Shown here: positions 58,899 to 64,000 of the stretch, in pieces
Layout: every line of letters begins with the position of its first letter
How positions within the stretch are numbered: the first letter of the stretch is position 1
Origin: a virus
Direction: 5' to 3' (one strand)
Virus record (IMG/VR): IMGVR_UViG_3300024520_000050
Span: 64,001 to 128,000 of that record
DNA: 64,000 nucleotides
Position numbers and translations under genes: made by a program
The notes under the pieces: generated by a model
What the model saw: the letters and a program-made list of their open reading frames with translations, nothing else
Database searches by the model: none
Told to the model about the DNA's origin: nothing

Positions 58899-59853
58899 TT
58901 ATTGTTTTGGTATTAATTAGTCCCATTCCTTGACAGAATTCAGCTACATCTTTATAGATCCAGATGTTTTCTGTAGGAAGTATTATATTGTTTATTTGGT
59001 CTTCTTCAGCAAATTTAGTTGACATTTCAATTCCTGTTGGATCATTATCATATAAATAATAGATGTTTCTAAATCTTGATTTTAAATCCTTCATTATATG
59101 CGATGGAATACGAATACTTTCACTCTGAGGAGCTACTGCATTATAACCCATTTCCCACATACATAGCATATCTTTACCACCACTAACTATATACAAATCA
59201 TCACCAAAATGAGGAAGTTGCTTATAACCAAAGATGTTATTAATGCAAGTATTAGATTTCCATTTATTATAATCAGAATATGGTTGATATAATTTAACCT
59301 TATTAGATTTATTAAACGAATACATATAACATGGATCTGTAGATTTATATCTATATTTCAATTTAAAACTAACTGATCCAGCATTAGACATATATGAATT
59401 TACTGGTCTAGCTACTTTACTTACATTTTCAATTGTAATATGATATTGTTTCCAATAGTCAATATCATCTTGATTCCAATTCCTTAGTTTAATTTTAAAA
59501 TTAACACTTGGCTTCTTGTATTTCTTTTTTACTGAAACATCTCTTTGAGGTTTCAATACTTTCGAAACAGCATTTAATACCATATCATTATTAATTCTAA
59601 TCATTGCTTCATAGAAATTACAATCATGAATCCACATGACATATTTGAAACAATCAAAGTTGGCGTCTATTCCTCGGGCTCTATCTACAAAGATGTATTT
59701 TTGTCCATACCATTTAAAGAAACATGTTCCATTTCCATCTTGGCGCATAGGATTTTTATACATTGCTTTATTATCAGTTAGATGTTCACCCCAATAGTGT
59801 TCCATTATCTGCTTTTCTGTCGTTACTGACAGAATATCTTGTTTTAAAATCAT
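58837..59853 (-). CDS. DNA primase (crAss-like DnaG/TOPRIM type)
   Basis: KNPMRQD, D.F.YV......F.EAM..I, D..YW.QY, G..QL...GD.L.IVSGGKD, AVAPQSE, YDND.TG, KDVAE. Confidence 0.8.
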   Translation of the reverse strand: MILKQDILSVTTEKQIMEHYWGEHLTDNKAMYKNPMRQDGNGTCFFKWYGQKYIFVDRARGIDANFDCFKYVMWIHDCNFYEAMIRINNDMVLNAVSKVLKPQRDVSVKKKYKKPSVNFKIKLRNWNQDDIDYWKQYHITIENVSKVARPVNSYMSNAGSVSFKLKYRYKSTDPCYMYSFNKSNKVKLYQPYSDYNKWKSNTCINNIFGYKQLPHFGDDLYIVSGGKDMLCMWEMGYNAVAPQSESIRIPSHIMKDLKSRFRNIYYLYDNDPTGIEMSTKFAEEDQINNIILPTENIWIYKDVAEFCQGMGLINTKTIIENVRRQNQRDAVNYSTTST

Positions 59854-59922
59854 TCATTCCGTTCTATTATGTCCACACTTTTGATTATCTTAATTCTCTA
59901 CTGAATAGTTTCTCAAGATACA

Positions 59923-59957
59923 AAAGAAATTATACTACAGTGTAATATAATTTCTTT
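59923..59957 (-). other. AT-rich hairpin upstream of primase
   Basis: 16-bp stem with one mismatch that is G-U on the - strand; 3-nt loop. Confidence 0.55.
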
Positions 59958-59970
59958 GCGTCTTTATACA

Positions 59971-60005
59971 AAACAATGGGATTCCTTTACGTAGTCCCAT
60001 TGTTT
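59971..60005 (-). terminator. Intrinsic terminator after SSB
   Basis: 11-bp stem AAACAATGGGA/TCCCATTGTTT, ending in a T run on the - strand, just after the stop at 60014. Confidence 0.7.
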
Positions 60006-60013
60006 CTTATCAT

Positions 60014-61081
60014 CTAAAATGGTACGTCATCATTTGTTGGCTCCTCAACTTTAGTTTCACCTTCACTTGGAAGATCATCTATTGTTACTTCTTGGAAACT
60101 TAATGAATTACCCCAGAAAGATTTCCATGGATACTCTTCATGAGTCAAGTGCTCTACAGCTTTCTTGCTCAATTTAGATTCTCCCAATTTACTTCCTGCT
60201 ACTATAACATCATCATAGTTATTAGTACGATCAGTTATACGGAATGTTGCTTCAAATCCAACAGGAAATACTGTAAATGGAGCTAAAACATCGTGATAGA
60301 TTTTATCACCATCTTGGTTAGGACGTACTCCTAAGAATAATCCTAATGGGTTGTTGGCTCCATCTTTAGTAAAATACTCTTTACCTTCAAAGTCTTGACC
60401 GCTATCAGCCATTAACATGTTTAATGCAGTATACTCACCGTTGAAAATATTATCGATTACTTCAGTTGGATCTTCGCCCAATACAAAATCATCAAGACGA
60501 GTTGATTTAGCATCATCTTCATCAATGCGGTGTCTGTCCAAAGTAGACATTCTAAATACCAAATCATATAAAGCTACTTCTCCTTGACGAGCAACACGTG
60601 CTGTAGCAGCATTAATACGACGTAGAGGATCTTTTTCTGAATAAGCAGAATCTTCAGCCTGAGCCTTCAATACTTGCTTCTCCATTGATGCTTTACCTGA
60701 TAAAAGGATCCATCCATTTTGATTATGCGCATCGATAATTTGTGTTTTACCAGATGTCTTTCCAACCACTGGACGGTTAGAAATGTAGATTTTATAATCT
60801 ACGAATACTTCATCACTATAAACTGGTTGTTTAAGTTTCAATGTAGTATTTGGGTTAAATTTACAAAGCAATGAAACAACGCGATAGTCATTCTCTTTAA
60901 TTACACGAAGGTAATTAGGTTCTTTAACATCGTATTGTGCAGGGATCTCTTTAATTCTACGCAAGTCATCTGCGTTAGGATTAAACATGATTGGAGTTGC
61001 ATATACTCCACCTGTAAATGTTGCTTTATAATTGATTTGTGCTCTTTCTGAACTTTCTTTAGTTCTGTTAGTTGATCTCAT
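60014..61081 (-). CDS. Putative single-stranded DNA-binding protein (crAss-like)
   Basis: FNPNADDL, QIIDAH....W and RVARQGE.AL motifs; acidic tail ending DDVPF. Confidence 0.65.
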   Translation of the reverse strand: MRSTNRTKESSERAQINYKATFTGGVYATPIMFNPNADDLRRIKEIPAQYDVKEPNYLRVIKENDYRVVSLLCKFNPNTTLKLKQPVYSDEVFVDYKIYISNRPVVGKTSGKTQIIDAHNQNGWILLSGKASMEKQVLKAQAEDSAYSEKDPLRRINAATARVARQGEVALYDLVFRMSTLDRHRIDEDDAKSTRLDDFVLGEDPTEVIDNIFNGEYTALNMLMADSGQDFEGKEYFTKDGANNPLGLFLGVRPNQDGDKIYHDVLAPFTVFPVGFEATFRITDRTNNYDDVIVAGSKLGESKLSKKAVEHLTHEEYPWKSFWGNSLSFQEVTIDDLPSEGETKVEEPTNDDVPF

Positions 61082-61104
61082 TAATATAATTATTATATAT
61101 CAAT

Positions 61105-61119
61105 AATCTTCGTTATTTT
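61105..61119 (-). promoter_or_regulatory. Intergenic motif AAAATAACGAAKATT, copy 2
   Basis: AAAATAACGAAGATT, 23 nt upstream of the SSB start. Confidence 0.5.
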
Positions 61120-61130
61120 TAATTTTATCT

Positions 61131-61646
61131 CTACTGTTGTACAATGTCAACAGTCTCTCCTTTGTTGAATTCTACTTCAACGTCAATTGTATCATCAGTT
61201 GATACGTTAGGCATATGATTCAATACATATGCTCCAGTTAATCCATCAATACCTGTGATATTAAATTCATTTGATTCTGTATTTGATACTTCAAATAAGT
61301 TACAAATTGTATTATGAATATCAGTACTTTTCACACAACGTGTTGCTGTGTGGATTTGATAACTTTTGTGTTGTTTTTTAGGTCCTTTTACTGTAATATC
61401 TTTTACAATACCAATAACTGAATCATATTCAACATCTTCAGTTTGTGAAATGTTGTATTCAGGAAACATAATTAAACGATTAGCAGCATCGCTTACACCT
61501 AAAACTTCCATAGCTTTACGATTAAGTTTAATTGTTGGACGTTTGCCGTCTACAACTGGAAGTGTAGTTAATACAGGTTCGTTCGGATACTTGTCTTGTT
61601 GAACGATAGTTATTGTTTCTGATTTTACTCTAGTTAAATCTAACAT
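61131..61646 (-). CDS. Hypothetical protein
   Basis: 171-aa ORF within the replication operon. Confidence 0.6.
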   Translation of the reverse strand: MLDLTRVKSETITIVQQDKYPNEPVLTTLPVVDGKRPTIKLNRKAMEVLGVSDAANRLIMFPEYNISQTEDVEYDSVIGIVKDITVKGPKKQHKSYQIHTATRCVKSTDIHNTICNLFEVSNTESNEFNITGIDGLTGAYVLNHMPNVSTDDTIDVEVEFNKGETVDIVQQ

Positions 61647-61687
61647 TAATGTTTTATTTAAATAATTTATAGTTGTTTGTTATTTTT

Positions 61688-62395
61688 TTAATTAATTGGA
61701 ATAGCATCGTTATTTGCGTCAATATCATACTCAGCTCTAGTAAACTCTACTACTTCATGGGTATCATATAATCCACCAATTACATCTGATGCAACTCCTC
61801 TCGCTCCACGTACTACACATCGTGCATACATCATGAAACGAGGTAATTTCTTCCAATTATCCTTACCTGTCCATTTTGCTTTAACAGCATCTGACCAATA
61901 GAAAGAATAATCTGAAGATATAGTCTTCTGCATATCTTTAAAGTATCTAGAAAATCTTATAGTTGTTACAAATTCAGGATGATCGTTAACTTTAACTTGT
62001 TCATCTTTATACGCAACATTACCTTCTGGATCTTTATAGTATTTGAAAACACCTTCTTCATCCGCTGGTAAGATTTTACCATCTTCTCCTCGTAAATAAG
62101 CAGGAGTTCTCTTCATTACAGGTTCCATATCTTTAATCAATTCAACTCCAATTCCTGCTTTTGCAAGAAGTCCTGGAATAACTGATGATTTTAAAGCTAC
62201 ATTGCCTTGAATTAAATGCATAGAGTTAACTGCTGTTAAAGGATCCATACCTAACTGGGCACCTTTATTTACAATTACTACTACGTCTTCTGCTTTTTTA
62301 ATACCAGCTGGTATTAAATTCTTGTCAATCATTATTTGTGCGCGTTGGAACATGTCGTCCGTATCGATTACAATTAATTGCTTGTCTTTATTCAC
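61688..62395 (-). CDS. RecT-like ssDNA-annealing recombinase
   Basis: G..LGMDPL.A...MHLIQG...L, F.W.DA..A.W..KDNWKK.PR.M..AR......R....DVIGGLY; GTG start. Confidence 0.7.
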   Translation of the reverse strand: MNKDKQLIVIDTDDMFQRAQIMIDKNLIPAGIKKAEDVVVIVNKGAQLGMDPLTAVNSMHLIQGNVALKSSVIPGLLAKAGIGVELIKDMEPVMKRTPAYLRGEDGKILPADEEGVFKYYKDPEGNVAYKDEQVKVNDHPEFVTTIRFSRYFKDMQKTISSDYSFYWSDAVKAKWTGKDNWKKLPRFMMYARCVVRGARGVASDVIGGLYDTHEVVEFTRAEYDIDANNDAIPIN

Positions 62396-62419
62396 TTAAT
62401 TTAATTTATCATAGTGATA

Positions 62420-62434
62420 AATATTCGTTATTTT
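62420..62434 (-). promoter_or_regulatory. Intergenic motif AAAATAACGAAKATT, copy 3
   Basis: AAAATAACGAATATT; contains the DnaB stop codon; 24 nt upstream of the RecT start. Confidence 0.5.
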
Positions 62435-63267
62435 TTAATACATCTTCCTGTATTCTTAAACTGATCGCAATAATCTTCAAATTCAACTAAATCAATTTCG
62501 ACAAAGTCAAAATACTTTAAGTTATTTAACATCGGTATAATTTGATCTGGTATTCCTTCTCTATTCTTCACTATATGCCAGTATATGAAGTCAATATCTT
62601 CACCCTTGTGTTCCAATCTAATTGGAAAGTTGTGGTCTGTATAGGACTTTAAATTCAATTTGCTGGGCATGTGAGTGAACATTATATAATCTGAATACTG
62701 CTCCATACTTGAAGCACCAAATAAATCACTTGAATTAGGATATTGCATACTTGGAATTTGTATTCTTTCTGGTTTTTTAATCTCTCTATTCATTTGAGAA
62801 AGTAAAATGAAAAATACACTTCCTCCTTCATATGAAATCTTCTTCTTCACACCATTTAATGTTGCCATTAATTGATCAATCTTATCTTTTTGATTATCAC
62901 CTTTAATAATAACAGCATGATCAATTTCTACAACTAAGTACTCACCGTCCTTACATAATTCTTTCCAATAATAATATACAGTTTCACCAATAACTTTGTG
63001 AGTTTGTGGTTCTTCTACATATAATAAAGGATAATCAAATAATTGACTATGAAACTTATTGAATACATATTCCATCCTACTTGCCGCTAACGGATGTTCA
63101 CTTGAATACAGTTCTTGTAATGTGATTTTACTCATATTAGCAATCTCTCTACCAATTGTTTTTTGCGCTAACATTTCAAAGTTAAAACTTAATCCTATGC
63201 TCTTTTGACCAGCATCTATTAAATTCTTATGAATACTATTTGATATTCTTTTACTCAATGTTGATTT
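62428..63267 (-). CDS. dnaB: DnaB-like replicative helicase, 3' exon
   Basis: Begins KST (second half of Walker A), then FNFEM, VEIDH, LSQMNR, SDLFGASSMEQYSD and KNREG. The 5' exon lies beyond the window. Confidence 0.9.
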   Translation of the reverse strand, partial: KSTLSKRISNSIHKNLIDAGQKSIGLSFNFEMLAQKTIGREIANMSKITLQELYSSEHPLAASRMEYVFNKFHSQLFDYPLLYVEEPQTHKVIGETVYYYWKELCKDGEYLVVEIDHAVIIKGDNQKDKIDQLMATLNGVKKKISYEGGSVFFILLSQMNREIKKPERIQIPSMQYPNSSDLFGASSMEQYSDYIMFTHMPSKLNLKSYTDHNFPIRLEHKGEDIDFIYWHIVKNREGIPDQIIPMLNNLKYFDFVEIDLVEFEDYCDQFKNTGRCIKK

Positions 63268-64000
63268 CAAATTGTTATTATCTATGAGCTTTTTATCTCA
63301 TACTCTGGAAGTTTCCCTCATTTTCATCAGTTGGTCAATTCCAACTCAGTTTAGCGTACATTTTCATCTACTAGAGATGGTGGATACTCTTGGATCTATT
63401 ATATTCTGTTTCCAGTTTCAAGACCTACGCGTTACGGTACTTAATAGTTGTTAATCTATTAAGTTACCACGGTATTAGGATGCTAAACCCTTCACCGTAT
63501 TTACCCACTAATAATTTGGAAAATCGCTTTTCCAAGCGGCAAATCCATTTTGTTTAAATATTTTATACCTTATTAATTTTCTTTCTAAATAAACAGTAGA
63601 ATGATCATACATTAATCCTAGTAGCTTTGCAGCTTTAATACCAGACCAACGAACCATTTCTACATCAGTTCCTTTCTTTTTTGAATAATTTCTTTTTTCA
63701 TTAAGAAAATTACATATTGCGTCTAACATATACTTATTAGAAACTATATTAATTACAAGAGATCGTTTCCCTTCTTTATTTGTATTACCAAAAGTGATAC
63801 AACCATCCCCATCAAAATAACCTCTAATAAAATCTATTTTAAGATTCTTAGGTATGTTCGGAATAGAATTAATTGACCATGTCTTATTAGGGACACAACC
63901 CAAAGAAATTAAATCTTGACTTATCTGCTTACATCTTATACTAAGTCTGTAAGCATTTAATTTAGATCTATATGTAATCTTACAATCACTACCTAAGAAT
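63268..64000 (-). ncRNA. Group I intron (IA2-like) in dnaB, 5'-partial
   Basis: P2 TTGGAAAA-GCGA-TTTTCCAA; P3 GUGGGU/AUCCAC; P4 UACGGU/ACCGUG; P6a ACUUAAUAG/CUAUUAAGU; P7 GCGUA/UACGC; P8 CAUCU/AGAUG; P9 AGUUGG/CCAACU; terminal G at 63268. Confidence 0.9.
63508..63999 (-). CDS. Intron-encoded LAGLIDADG homing endonuclease, 5'-partial
   Basis: LGCVPNKT...FIRGYFDGDGCI...YLERK; the frame is open to the window edge; the TAG stop abuts intron P3. Confidence 0.88.
   Translation of the reverse strand, partial: FLGSDCKITYRSKLNAYRLSIRCKQISQDLISLGCVPNKTWSINSIPNIPKNLKIDFIRGYFDGDGCITFGNTNKEGKRSLVINIVSNKYMLDAICNFLNEKRNYSKKKGTDVEMVRWSGIKAAKLLGLMYDHSTVYLERKLIRYKIFKQNGFAAWKSDFPNY

Noticed and set aside
62428-63270. 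A 280-aa stand-alone gene starting at TTG
   Set aside because: The TTG is the end of the intron; the ORF starts mid-Walker A and is a 3' exon.
47-63454. Many short track ORFs antisense to or overlapping real genes (e.g. 47-340, 822-1139, 34684-35001, 44341-44730, 63272-63454)
   Set aside because: They are shadow frames of long genes or of intron RNA, with biased composition and no motifs.
1-64000. Stop-codon reassignment as seen in some crAss-like phages
   Set aside because: Standard-code ORFs tile the window densely, including a 19.7-kb ORF, and TAG terminates genes at sensible ends.
1-64000. tRNA genes, CRISPR arrays, DGR template/variable repeats
   Set aside because: I saw no cloverleaf signatures in the few intergenic gaps, no repeat-spacer periodicity, and no reverse transcriptase or adenine-variable repeat pair. 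This was by eye only.

Overview
AT-rich, densely coding fragment of a large crAss-like (Crassvirales-related) phage, probably infecting a Bacteroidota host. It is read in the standard code and I found no tRNA or CRISPR array. The + strand (1-25181) carries a late module: partial tail fibre, holin, PD-(D/E)XK nuclease, ring/tail-tube proteins, an IHF-like protein, the muzzle (tail-stabilisation) protein and four candidate virion cargo proteins, ending in a 2323-aa polyvalent protein. The - strand (64000 to 25239) carries a replication module: DnaB split by a group IA2 intron with a LAGLIDADG ORF, RecT-like annealase, SSB, primase, ATP-dependent ligase, nucleases, a dATP/dGTP diphosphohydrolase-like protein, a HAD phosphatase, dUTPase and an HNH-like nuclease. 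These are followed by a 1401-aa cargo protein with a C-terminal M15-type peptidase, a 6557-aa virion RNA polymerase (DYDID), and a block of small acidic genes with a stand-alone class II aaRS-like enzyme. The two halves converge on a bidirectional terminator near 25200. The most interesting observations are recurrent (Y/F/H/M)-Q-x-G-G motifs that delimit modules in three cargo proteins (possible di-glycine-processed polyproteins), the very large RNAP fusion, the aaRS-like enzyme, a 15-bp intergenic motif repeated three times, and the intron inserted in the DnaB Walker A motif. All family calls come from motif recognition by eye; no database search was run.
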